DNA of 64,000 bases, from positions 52,888-116,887 of the forward strand of contig CALNYG010000004.1 in NCBI GenBank assembly GCA_942490825.1, in the 5' to 3' direction. Positions within the stretch are counted from its first letter, which is position 1. Every line of letters starts with the position of its first letter. This DNA is from Candidatus Moraniibacteriota bacterium (GTDB lineage Bacteria > Patescibacteriota > Minisyncoccia > Moranbacterales > GCA-2747515). The notes below the pieces were generated by a model that saw only the letters and a program-made list of their open reading frames with translations, did no database searches and was not told the origin of the DNA. A program made the position numbers and the translations under genes. Below are positions 26,883-36,174 of the stretch, one piece after another.

Positions 26883-27560
26883 TTAAGCCTCAATCTTAAC
26901 TGATGGACCCATAGTTGAACAAACTGAAACATTAGTAATCAATTTACCTTTATGAGCATCTGTTTTACATTTATTAACAGCCTCAATAAAAGCATTGTAA
27001 TTCTCTTCAAGTTTTTCTGCGTCAAAACTAGCTTTTCCAATAATTTGATGAACGTTAGCAGTATTATCATTTTTAAAGCTCTCCTTACCCTTTTTAAGCT
27101 CTCCAACTGCTTTTTCTACATCAACAGTAACTGTATCAGTCTTTGGGCTAGGCATCATCCCTCGTGGCCCTAGAACTCTAGCTGCTTGAGCTAATTTAGG
27201 CATAATATCTGGAGTAGCCACTAAAACGTCTACTTCAGGCAATTTCCCTGTTTTAATTTTATCAATCAATTCTTGTCCACCAACTAAATCTGCCCCAGCC
27301 TTTTTAGCCTCGTCTTGTTTGCTTTCTGTAATTACACCAACTTTAACTTCTTTTCCAGTTCCTTGTGGTAAAGTAACTGTCCCACGAATTTGTTGATCTC
27401 CTTTTTTTGGATCCACGTTTAATCGAATATGAACCTCAATAGATTCATCAAACTTTGCCTTTGCATTATCTCTCACTAAAACAAAAGCTTCCTTTGATGA
27501 ATAAACTTTTTCTTTGTCTACCGCTTCTGCAGCGACATCATATCTTTTTCCTTTTTTCAT
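26883..27560 (-). CDS. rplA: 50S ribosomal protein L1
   Basis: Full-length L1 signature (GTVTLPQGTGK, ATPDIMPKL, LGPRGMMP). Confidence 0.95.
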   Translation of the reverse strand: MKKGKRYDVAAEAVDKEKVYSSKEAFVLVRDNAKAKFDESIEVHIRLNVDPKKGDQQIRGTVTLPQGTGKEVKVGVITESKQDEAKKAGADLVGGQELIDKIKTGKLPEVDVLVATPDIMPKLAQAARVLGPRGMMPSPKTDTVTVDVEKAVGELKKGKESFKNDNTANVHQIIGKASFDAEKLEENYNAFIEAVNKCKTDAHKGKLITNVSVCSTMGPSVKIEA

Positions 27561-27691
27561 AATATTTTTTTACGTGGTTCAAGCGAAATAATTTCAAAAA
27601 ATTACTTTTCTCCCACATTAATTAATTATTTAAATATTGTTATTCTCACAATCAAAACTTCTTTCAAATTTATCCGTATCTCTTCAAAAAA

Positions 27692-28222
27692 TTATTTTTT
27701 CAAATTAATTAACTTAACTCTATTTAAAATAATTTCTTTTAATTTTTCAGCATTTTTTTTACTGTCATACAAACTACTAATACCTATCAAATACACTCTT
27801 CCATTTATCATAATAATTTCTAAATAATCACCAGAGCCATCAGAAATGTCAAAAATTAAACGGAATGGAAATAAAGCTATTTTAATACCCCACAATGATC
27901 TAGCGTAAAAGCGATAAATCCCATAATTTTCTTCTTTATTCAAAATCCTAACAGACTTTATAGAATCAAATTTAATATTCTTTTTTAAAATTCCACCAAA
28001 AACTATACACAAATAATTTTTATCTGTAAATATCTTCATAGTCATAAATGGAAGAAGCGATATAAACAAAAAACAAAGAAAACCCAATATGATAAAATCA
28101 TCGAAATTCCTAACCAAAAAAACAATTCCTACTAAAATAACTATCAAAATCTTAAATAAAGATTGATAGCTAAACTTAAAATAAGAAAAATTATTTTTTA
28201 AATTATCGATGTTCATAATCAT
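27692..28222 (-). CDS. two-TM membrane protein with PH-like C-terminal half, unknown function
   Basis: ORF lies 5 nt after the rplK stop, between rplK and rplA. Confidence 0.5.
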   Translation of the reverse strand: MIMNIDNLKNNFSYFKFSYQSLFKILIVILVGIVFLVRNFDDFIILGFLCFLFISLLPFMTMKIFTDKNYLCIVFGGILKKNIKFDSIKSVRILNKEENYGIYRFYARSLWGIKIALFPFRLIFDISDGSGDYLEIIMINGRVYLIGISSLYDSKKNAEKLKEIILNRVKLINLKK

Positions 28223-28227
28223 TTACC

Positions 28228-28653
28228 TTACTCAACCGTAATCCCCATTGATCTTGCAGTACCTTCAACAATCTTCTCAGCAGACTCTAAATTAGCAGCA
28301 TTCAAATCAGACATCTTAATTTCAGCAATCTCACGAATCTGATCTTTAGTAACTTTACCAATCTTATCCGCTAAAGGATTTCCAGCACCTTTTTTAACAC
28401 CAGCAGCTTTTTTCAATAATTCAGCAGCAGGAGGAGTTTTCATTATAAAACTAAAACTTCTGTCCTCATGCACTGAAATTTCTACAGGCACAACATCTCC
28501 CATTTTATCCTTTGTCTTTTCATTAAACTGAGTACAAAAATCCTGGATATTAACACCGTGTTGACCTAAAGCAGGACCAACAGGAGGAGCTGGATTAGCT
28601 TTTCCAGCTGGAATTTGTAACTTAATAATTGCACTTACTTTTTTTTCACTCAT
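28228..28653 (-). CDS. rplK: 50S ribosomal protein L11
   Basis: [26 protein letters not shown]. Confidence 0.95.
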   Translation of the reverse strand: MSEKKVSAIIKLQIPAGKANPAPPVGPALGQHGVNIQDFCTQFNEKTKDKMGDVVPVEISVHEDRSFSFIMKTPPAAELLKKAAGVKKGAGNPLADKIGKVTKDQIREIAEIKMSDLNAANLESAEKIVEGTARSMGITVE

Positions 28654-28683
28654 ATATTTAGATTATAATTAACTTCAATAATA

Positions 28684-29229
28684 TTATATTTTCTTAATCT
28701 GAACAAAATCTAACTCAATTGGAGTTTCTCGTCCAAATACCATAACCAAAACTTTTACCTTACCACGACCTTCATCAATTTCTTGAACTTCACCATCCAT
28801 TTCTTTAAACGGACCATCGATAATTTTAACTCTCTCACCTTTTTGAACATCAATCTTATATTTTGGTTCTTCTTGACCCATCTGTTTTTTTAAAGTAAAA
28901 ATCTCATCAGGATTAACAGGAGTTGGAGTTGTTCCTAAACCAATAAATCCAGTCACATTTGGAGTATTTCGCACCACATACCAAGAAGCATCTGTTACTA
29001 TCATCTGTACTAAAATATAGCCAGGATAAATCTTTTCTTCAACCGTAACTCTTTTTCCATTCTTAATTTTAATTTTTTTCTCTGTTGGCACAATCACATC
29101 AAAAATAAATTCTTCCATATTCATAGAATCTATACGTTGACGTAAATTTCGAGCTACATTATCTTCATATCCAGAGTATGTATGTAAAACATACCAAGCT
29201 TTACCATGATGTTGAGTTTGCTTTGCCAT
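28684..29229 (-). CDS. nusG: transcription termination/antitermination factor NusG
   Basis: WYVLHTYSGYE NGN domain and a C-terminal KOW (GERVKIIDGPFKEMDGEV). Confidence 0.95.
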   Translation of the reverse strand: MAKQTQHHGKAWYVLHTYSGYEDNVARNLRQRIDSMNMEEFIFDVIVPTEKKIKIKNGKRVTVEEKIYPGYILVQMIVTDASWYVVRNTPNVTGFIGLGTTPTPVNPDEIFTLKKQMGQEEPKYKIDVQKGERVKIIDGPFKEMDGEVQEIDEGRGKVKVLVMVFGRETPIELDFVQIKKI

Positions 29230-29233
29230 ATAT

Positions 29234-29422
29234 TTACTTATTTAAAATAAAATTCTTAAGAAGACTACTAAATGTATTATCTAACAACCCTAAAACAACC
29301 GCCACAATCAAACTAATAGCAATCACTAATACTGTATAGTGCATAGCTTGTTCCTTAGTTGGCCAAGAAACCTTATTTAGCTCAGCATAGGCTTCCTTTA
29401 AAAATTGAGTAATTTTTTGCAT
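29234..29422 (-). CDS. secE: preprotein translocase subunit SecE
   Basis: Size, ELNKVSWPTKEQ and a single TM helix. It sits upstream of nusG. Confidence 0.9.
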   Translation of the reverse strand: MQKITQFLKEAYAELNKVSWPTKEQAMHYTVLVIAISLIVAVVLGLLDNTFSSLLKNFILNK

Positions 29423-29655
29423 ATTTTTTCCGATTTTAAAAAGCCCTTTATGGGCTATAATATACCTTAAGAATATATAATATTTTCAATATTGTCAAAT
29501 CAAATTTAATAATCAGTAACAATTCTAACAACCATCTCTCCAAAATTACAATTTTAATATACCCTTAACCTAGTGAAAATTAAAATAAAATCCTTAAAAT
29601 CTAATGAGATATTAAATTTTTTAGTTACTATTTACAAATTAATAGTTTTTAACCT

Positions 29656-30761
29656 CTAATCATAATCCACAATAAGCTTTCCCAAAGTCAATTCTCTTTT
29701 CACATAAATATTCATCACAATTCCCGCTACAATCAAAACACTAATCAAAGAACTCCCACCAAAACTAACAAATGGTAACGGAATTCCTGTAACTGGCATA
29801 ACGCCCATATTCATGCCAATATTTACCAAAATATGGATAAAAAACATTATCATTACACCAGAAATAACAAAGTACCCAAAAGAGTCACGTGAACACCGTG
29901 CTATGCAACGAAATCTAAAAAAAATCATTCCGAATAAACCCAAAACAAATACTGCCCCAATAAAACCTGTTGCTTCGACAATCGTAGCAAAAATAAAATC
30001 AGTATGCTTCTCTGGAAGAAAATTAAGTTGAGATTGAGAGCCATAACCAATTCCCTGACCACTTAAGCCCCCATTTCCAATAGCAACAATTGATTGCTGC
30101 ACATTATAACCACTCCCCTGTGGATCTAATTCAGAATTAAGAAAAGTTTTAATTCTATTTTGCTGAAAAGTATCTAAAAGTGGCCAAATTGAAACTGAAG
30201 CTAGAACTCCAAAAATTAAAAAAGTAATTAAATATTTTTTGCTAATTCCTGACACAAAAATCATTCCAAACCAAATTCCATAAACTACTAAGGCAGATCC
30301 AAAATCTGGTTGTTGTAAAATTAAAAAAGTAACAATACTAACAATAATAAAAGAAGCAATGATCGTAGTTAATTCTCCTAAAAAAATTCTTTTATCTTCA
30401 ATAAAATGTGCTAAAAAAATAATAACAACGATCTTTACAAATTCAACTGGCTGAATAAGTGTGAATCCTAAATTTAACCAACCAGCTGTTCCTCGAACAG
30501 TCACACCTAATGGTGTAACTAAAATTAAAACTAGAATTGCAATACTAAAAAAATAAAGTGGTGTGCTGTACGTTCTAAAAATACTATAATCAGTTACTCC
30601 TAAAATTACAAACAACCCAACACCTATTCCTGCAAAGGTAAATTGTCGCCAAAAATTACTAGAATCTGGAGATATACTATATAAAGCAATAACCCCACCG
30701 CCAAAAGTAATAATACTCCAGCAAAATAGATAAAATCAAAATTTAAAAATTTTTTTAGCAT
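29656..30761 (-). pseudogene. SEDS-family FtsW/RodA gene with an apparent frameshift near the 5' end
   Basis: ATG at 30761 opens MLKKFLNFDFIYFAGVLLLLAVGLL.., which stops at 30624. The main frame reads ..ALYSISPDSSNFWRQFTFAGIGVGLFVILG and continues to 29656. The total span is not a multiple of 3. Confidence 0.7.
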
Positions 30762-30774
30762 TATTACTAATTTA

Positions 30775-31407
30775 TCAAGAATTTAAATTATCACATTTAT
30801 TCATTCCAACTTTTTTACCTTCTTCATAACAATTATTCTTATCTTTAGAGAAAACAGGATTAATTAAACGAAAAGAATCAATGTCAACATTCTCAATGAT
30901 ATTCTCATGATAAAAAATATTATTCAAGTCTCTAGCATAACCACCTTCCATCGCCATAAAAGATTTATAATCAACATTTTTTAATTTTTCATCTAAATAA
31001 AAAATATTTTCATTATCCCTTACATATCCAGATCCCAATGTTTTAAAAGACTTTGCATCAACACCTCTCATCTTATTGTAACCATAATAAACATCTTCAG
31101 AATCCTTGATATAATTTCCTAAAACTTTATAACTACTCATCTCTAGCCCTCTCATCTTTTTATTTTTAAAATAAACATTATTTTCATCTTTACTGTAAAC
31201 AGTATTCAAAGTCTTGAAAGAATCTTTATCAATTCCCCATAATCTTTTGTAAAAAATACTATTTTTTTCATTATAATAAATCCCTCTTTCATTTTCAAAA
31301 TAGTTACTATGTATTTTAACTTTCTGACCTCCTGTAAAAATATAAATTAAAAAACCGATTACTAAAACACCGATTACAACACCAATAGTAAATTTATAAT
31401 TTTTCAT
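30775..31407 (-). CDS. DKNYY-repeat membrane-anchored protein
   Basis: N-terminal TM helix and five repeats such as SKDENNVYFKNKKM and RDNENIFYLDEKL. Confidence 0.7.
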   Translation of the reverse strand: MKNYKFTIGVVIGVLVIGFLIYIFTGGQKVKIHSNYFENERGIYYNEKNSIFYKRLWGIDKDSFKTLNTVYSKDENNVYFKNKKMRGLEMSSYKVLGNYIKDSEDVYYGYNKMRGVDAKSFKTLGSGYVRDNENIFYLDEKLKNVDYKSFMAMEGGYARDLNNIFYHENIIENVDIDSFRLINPVFSKDKNNCYEEGKKVGMNKCDNLNS

Positions 31408-31495
31408 ATTATTCCAAAATAATTTTTTATTTTAATTATTCACTAAATCGTAGAGACGTAACAATACCCCATCTCTACTATCAAAAAATAATAAA

Positions 31496-32206
31496 CTAAG
31501 CGCCTAATCTTCTTACTCTTCTACTATATTCATCAATCGATTCAGAAAATTTTTCTGCTGTAAAATCTGGAAATAATCCTTCTGAAAAATAAAGTTGAAC
31601 ATTGGCTGTATCCCACATCATAAAACCTGTGCTTAAATGTGGCTCACCACCTGTGCGAATCATGTAATCAACTGCAGGCAAATCTTTAGTCATTAAATTT
31701 TTTTTGATAACTTCTTTAGTTATGTCTTTGGCGTCTTGAAATTTTTCTACCATTTTTTGAACTGTTTGCACTATTTCATCATCACCACTATATGCAATAA
31801 AAAAAGTAAGCAAATGTTTTTTATTGTTTTTCGTTTTTTCAATTCCTTTTTTAATAACGCTTTTAATTCCTTCTGGCAATTGTTCTTCCCAACGACCAAT
31901 TACTCGCACACAGACTTCGTTTTTTTCTATTTCATCACTTTCGAAAAGTCTTTTGAAATATCTATCATAAACTGCGAGGAGTTCTTTTTTTTCTCTGAGT
32001 GGTCGTTTGGTTAAATTTTCTACTGATGATCCCCAAATTGATAGGCATTTTATTCCTAAATCTCGTGATTTTTTTACGATGTCTTCGATTCTTTCTGCTC
32101 CTTCTTCATGTCCTATCCATGGGTCTAAGTCTTTTTCTTTTGCCCAACGTCGGTTTCCGTCTGGGATGATGGCTACGTGAGTTGGGATTTGGTTTTCTTT
32201 GTTCAT
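31496..32206 (-). CDS. uppS: isoprenyl transferase (undecaprenyl diphosphate synthase)
   Basis: HVAIIPDGNRRWA and the RTGGE-like IRTGGEPHLS. Confidence 0.9.
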   Translation of the reverse strand: MNKENQIPTHVAIIPDGNRRWAKEKDLDPWIGHEEGAERIEDIVKKSRDLGIKCLSIWGSSVENLTKRPLREKKELLAVYDRYFKRLFESDEIEKNEVCVRVIGRWEEQLPEGIKSVIKKGIEKTKNNKKHLLTFFIAYSGDDEIVQTVQKMVEKFQDAKDITKEVIKKNLMTKDLPAVDYMIRTGGEPHLSTGFMMWDTANVQLYFSEGLFPDFTAEKFSESIDEYSRRVRRLGA

Positions 32207-32241
32207 AAAATATTATTATTGATTTCTCATGATTCTTAAAT

Positions 32242-32802
32242 TTAACCTAAAATTTCATCTTCATTTTCTATATAATTATATTCTTCCATATAAACAAAAT
32301 TTTTAGATTTTGGGTCATAAATAACTTTTCCACATTTATTTCCAACATTATTTAAATAATCTTCGACATTTTTTAAATTACTCATGTCTGTCTTAGGTGG
32401 AATAATAATCTCCAAACTTTGCCTATGCTTTCTTTCTATAATTAATTTTGTAGGCATTTCTTTATCAAAAAGAACACTTAATGACTTTCTGTAAAGATCT
32501 TTTCCTAATTCTCCAAAAAAGCCACTCGAAGTTGCAGTAAAAATTACAGTCATTCCTATGTAAAAAAATGATTCTAAATGCTGCATTAAATCACAAATAT
32601 CACCCCCTCCCCCTTTATCTCCTGGCGGATCGATTTCATTTATTATAGCAACATTATTATTATCTTTAAAAATGCCCTCTTCTAATTCACTAGTTTTTCC
32701 GTTAACTATTTTTATATCAAAATTTTCAAATTCAAGTTCATCTTCAAAATTGACTGGCTCAGCTTTCGTTTGATAAATATGAAAATTATAAATTTTAGCC
32801 AT
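32242..32802 (-). CDS. hypothetical protein
   Basis: ORF between uppS and the polyprenyl synthase, with no recognised motif. Confidence 0.5.
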   Translation of the reverse strand: MAKIYNFHIYQTKAEPVNFEDELEFENFDIKIVNGKTSELEEGIFKDNNNVAIINEIDPPGDKGGGGDICDLMQHLESFFYIGMTVIFTATSSGFFGELGKDLYRKSLSVLFDKEMPTKLIIERKHRQSLEIIIPPKTDMSNLKNVEDYLNNVGNKCGKVIYDPKSKNFVYMEEYNYIENEDEILG

Positions 32803-32837
32803 AATTTTATAAATTGTTTTTTAAAAAATTTTTAATC

Positions 32838-33905
32838 TTAAACCTCCCGCTTATCCAAATAATCCACCAAACCCAACAAAAAATCCCTCGGTTCATCCAA
32901 TAATTCAACTTTCTCAATCGTCATTTTTGCCTCCTGCAATAAATCAAAAGACATACTATTAGCATATTCCAATGCTCCCGTATCCACCAAAACCTTTCTA
33001 AAATCCTCCAATTCATCTTCCATCAAACCCTCCTTACCCAAAGCATTATCAAGAATTTCCCTTTGATCCTTATTAGCCTGCTTATATGCCTCTAAAGTCA
33101 AGATTGTGATCTTACCCTCACTCACATCAGAACCAACCGGTTTACCCGTTTTTTTACTATCACCAAAAACACCAATAATATCATCCTGAATCTGAAAAGC
33201 AATCCCCAATGGAATCGAAAATTCACTCAGCTGAGCACAAAAATCATCATCCGCTCCCGCCAAAATCGCCCCCAAATGCAGAGGGCCTTCAAAAGTATAC
33301 CGAGCCGTCTTATTTTCATACATCGATAAAATTTCCTCTTCGGTTGCCTTTCCTCTATATTCCATAACCACATCTTGAGTTTCCCCCACAAGAGTTCTCC
33401 CAACAACATTTTGCAATTTACTCAAAGCTTTAATCAAATTTTCTGGTTCAAAATCAGAATTAAAAAGAGCCTTCATTCCCAAAGAATAAAGTAAATCTCC
33501 CAAAACGATTCCAGTCGAAACACCAAAATGAGCATTGTCTTTAGAAATAAAATACTGCTCACTGTATTTTCGATATTTTGCATGAATCGTATCATTACCA
33601 TGACGAATGTCATCCTTATCAATAATATCATCGTGCGCCAAAAGAAAAGAATGAACTAATTCAATACTCACTGAAGTTTTAATAATTTCCTCCCGATTTT
33701 TACCTCCCGCCGCTAAATAACCATAAAACATCATTGCTGGTCGCACTCGCTTACCGCCTGCTAAAATATTTTCTTTACAATCATGTAAAACCAAAGAAGA
33801 AAATTTATCAATATTTTCAGTTTCCGCAATAACTTTATCTAAATAAATTTCTAATTCTTTGTCTACTACTTTTTTAAATTCTGATAATTTTTCTTTTACA
33901 TCCAT
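32838..33905 (-). CDS. polyprenyl diphosphate synthase (trans-IPPS)
   Basis: LAHDDIIDKDDIRHG (first Asp-rich motif, FARM) and FQIQDDIIGVFGD (second Asp-rich motif, SARM). Confidence 0.9.
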   Translation of the reverse strand: MDVKEKLSEFKKVVDKELEIYLDKVIAETENIDKFSSLVLHDCKENILAGGKRVRPAMMFYGYLAAGGKNREEIIKTSVSIELVHSFLLAHDDIIDKDDIRHGNDTIHAKYRKYSEQYFISKDNAHFGVSTGIVLGDLLYSLGMKALFNSDFEPENLIKALSKLQNVVGRTLVGETQDVVMEYRGKATEEEILSMYENKTARYTFEGPLHLGAILAGADDDFCAQLSEFSIPLGIAFQIQDDIIGVFGDSKKTGKPVGSDVSEGKITILTLEAYKQANKDQREILDNALGKEGLMEDELEDFRKVLVDTGALEYANSMSFDLLQEAKMTIEKVELLDEPRDFLLGLVDYLDKREV

Positions 33906-33982
33906 AAAATTAAAAATTTCAATTATTACTTAAATACTTAATAAATTTCAGTAAAAAACTATTTTCGTAAATCGAATATAGC

Positions 33983-34246
33983 TTATTTTTTTACTTTAAT
34001 GCCCTGAATTATATCACGAAGAGCAATAAACGACCATGTTAAATTTAAAATTAAAAAAGGAATACTGTTAATATAAAAAGCATAAAAACTCAATAATCCA
34101 GCTCCTAATAAATTACCTAGATCGTAATAAAAACTTTTTTGACTTATTTTTCCAGCATTATTTAGAAAGAAAAACACTAAAATCAACGTCATTCCCACAA
34201 TTCCAATTATTTCTACTATGTTCATAAATAATTTCAAAAAATACAA
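33983..34246 (-). CDS. small three-TM membrane protein
   Basis: ORF with hydrophobic helices. Confidence 0.45.
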   Translation of the reverse strand: MYFLKLFMNIVEIIGIVGMTLILVFFFLNNAGKISQKSFYYDLGNLLGAGLLSFYAFYINSIPFLILNLTWSFIALRDIIQGIKVKK

Positions 34247-34311
34247 TAAAATCTCATTTCTTAATTATTATAGCAAATTTTAATATTTAAATCATTTTTT
34301 AAAAAATACAA

Positions 34312-34328
34312 GTGCTCGCCGCACGGGC
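34312..34328 (-). repeat. GC-rich 17-mer
   Basis: Exact copy, 65 nt upstream of the 34246 start. Confidence 0.9.
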
Positions 34329-34431
34329 TTTTTGCAACTAAAGCACGCGTCATTCTTAAAAATATATTTTCCTTTTAAAGGTTATGGTATTATAATAAAA
34401 ATATCAGATACCTTAAAAGACCTCTAATTTT

Positions 34432-34583
34432 ATCATCTCGAGCGTAGCAATAGTGAAATCAAGACCTATCCGCCGAAACACGACAGACAAAAATCTTAAA
34501 ACTTTGTAATTTTTTTAAACTTTGAGATTTATCCGTTCCGCTACGCCTGTCTGCCGACAGGTAGGCTCCAGTCGAAATGACAT
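34432..34583. repeat. family A-related element, divergent copy A4
   Basis: The left arm contains gagcgtagca. The right arm contains cgctacgc plus the hairpin cctgtctgccgacagg, and ends ctccagtcgaaatgacat. Confidence 0.6.
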
Positions 34584-34630
34584 AATATAGTCTTTTTAAG
34601 AATTGCATTAATTAATTTAAAATAAAAGCC

Positions 34631-35131
34631 ATGAATTCTGAACAAAAACTTTATGATATTTTAAAAGAATTAAAAATAGAATTTGAAAAAATTGAGCATC
34701 CTGCTTTTGATACTTGCGAAAAGTCTGGCGATTTTTATCAAGAAAATAATCTAGGCGTGAATTGTAAAAATATTTTTCTCCAAAACAGACGAGGCAAAAA
34801 ACATTATTTAGTTACTATATTAGCTGAAAATCAATTGGATATTCCGAAATTAGCGGAATTTTTAGACGAGCATCGGAAAATGGGATTCGCTTCTGCTGAA
34901 AGACTAGATAAATATTTAGGTTTACAGCCTGGATCGGTTACACCTTTTTCTATCGTTAATGAAAGTGCTAAAGATATTCCTGTGATTGTTGATAAAGAGA
35001 TTTTTAAAAGTGAGTTTGTTCATTTTCATCCCTTGCGGAATACGGCAACTTTGAAAATTTCCACAAAAGATTTTTGTAAATTTTTAGATAATTTTTCTGA
35101 TTCGAATGAGTTTTTGGAGTTTGAGTTTTAA
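34631..35131 (+). CDS. YbaK/ProX-type aminoacyl-tRNA editing domain protein
   Basis: Size, KNIFLQNRRGK, PGSVTPF and HFHPLRNTATL. Confidence 0.75.
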   Translation: MNSEQKLYDILKELKIEFEKIEHPAFDTCEKSGDFYQENNLGVNCKNIFLQNRRGKKHYLVTILAENQLDIPKLAEFLDEHRKMGFASAERLDKYLGLQPGSVTPFSIVNESAKDIPVIVDKEIFKSEFVHFHPLRNTATLKISTKDFCKFLDNFSDSNEFLEFEF

Positions 35132-35141
35132 AAAGAAAAAA

Positions 35142-35158
35142 GTGCTCGCCGCACGGGC
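35142..35158 (-). repeat. GC-rich 17-mer
   Basis: Exact copy, 10 nt after the stop of 34631..35131. Confidence 0.9.
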
Positions 35159-35223
35159 TTTTTAAACGTAAAGAAATTTTATTCTACAAATAATTTATTT
35201 TTAACTTTTTTAAAACTCCCAGG

Positions 35224-35376
35224 CATGTCATTCCGGAAAATAATTTTGTAACGTAGTGGAGAAATTATTTTCCGGAATCTAGGAAATTTTAAGATAAATA
35301 ATAAGCTTTGAATTTTCAACTTTCTTTTATTTTCCTAGATTCTCTTCTTCTCCGCCACGCTCCAGCCGGGAATGAC
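35224..35376. repeat. family A nested-hairpin element, copy A5 (long-arm form)
   Basis: catgtcat-[tccggaaaataatttt..aaattattttccgga]-atctaggaaa ... tttcctagat-[tctc..ccacgctccagccggga]-atgac. Confidence 0.8.
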
Positions 35377-35444
35377 AAAGTAAAATAATTGTAATTTTGT
35401 AATCTAATTAATTTTCGATGATGAGTTTTTGGGTTGTAATTATT

Positions 35445-35520
35445 TCCGGAATAGGTGTGTAGCCAGACCACCTATTTCGAAACGTTTCGGAAGCAGTGGT
35501 CTTCGACACACTACTTCCGG
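35445..35520. repeat. solo 76-nt imperfect hairpin with family A-like tccggaa/ttccgg base
   Basis: Pairings are ccggaa/ttccgg, gtgtg/cacac, cagaccac/gtggtct and cgaaac/gtttcg. Confidence 0.6.
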
Positions 35521-35535
35521 CTGAGTTATAATTTC

Positions 35536-36174
35536 TCATGTTAACTCCTCTTCTTTATTTTTATTTAAAAAAATATTTCCATTATTAACCGCTAAAATAA
35601 ATTGATAAATATCATTATTTAATTTATCCTCAATAATAAATATTTTTTCATAAGTAGATTCTTTTTTTCTACGTTTCTTTAAAATATAATCATTTTCTAA
35701 ATTTTTACAAACATAAAAATCAAAAGCTATATCATTAACCTTTTTAGGAATTTCAACATTTATAACTTCTCTATATTTTTTACAAGACTTACCCGAAATA
35801 GAAAATAGATCAAAAATACGCCTATCTTTATTATAAAAATCAGTCAACTCAAAATGAATAACACTCTCAATATTCCTAGAATTATTTTTAAATAAAAAAT
35901 GTTTATTCTTATACATATCGATATCTTTTAATTTTCCATCTTCATATTTCGTAACATCAAAATGCTCATTTTTCTCAGCCTCATTTAAATAATGTTCAAA
36001 ATTTCTATTTGAATCATTTATATCTGTCACTTTCCAAGTAACTCTATTATTTTCAGTATGAAGAGTACAATGTGTATTACATTGAGCATTCTTTTCTAAA
36101 TCAGTTAATTTAGGCATGCCTAAAATGTAATCCTTTTCATTCATACAAATCAAACTAAACAGGCTCTTTAACAT
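35536..36174 (-). CDS. hypothetical protein whose first codons now come from the ISL3 inverted repeat
   Basis: MLKSL is encoded by the IS end. The pre-insertion N-terminus reconstructs as MFSLICMNEK. Confidence 0.5.
   Translation of the reverse strand: MLKSLFSLICMNEKDYILGMPKLTDLEKNAQCNTHCTLHTENNRVTWKVTDINDSNRNFEHYLNEAEKNEHFDVTKYEDGKLKDIDMYKNKHFLFKNNSRNIESVIHFELTDFYNKDRRIFDLFSISGKSCKKYREVINVEIPKKVNDIAFDFYVCKNLENDYILKKRRKKESTYEKIFIIEDKLNNDIYQFILAVNNGNIFLNKNKEEELT

Noticed and set aside
29423-29655. Expected tRNA-Trp upstream of secE
   Set aside because: The interval is AT-rich with only a short hairpin (agccc-tttat-gggct). No tRNA-like sequence was found on either strand.
35445-35520. tRNA-sized (76 nt) GC-richer segment with a 6-bp terminal helix
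   Set aside because: It has no cloverleaf. The centre is a loop-less palindrome (cgaaac/gtttcg), there is no 7-nt anticodon loop and no GTTCGAATC-type T arm. It folds as one long hairpin related to family A arms.
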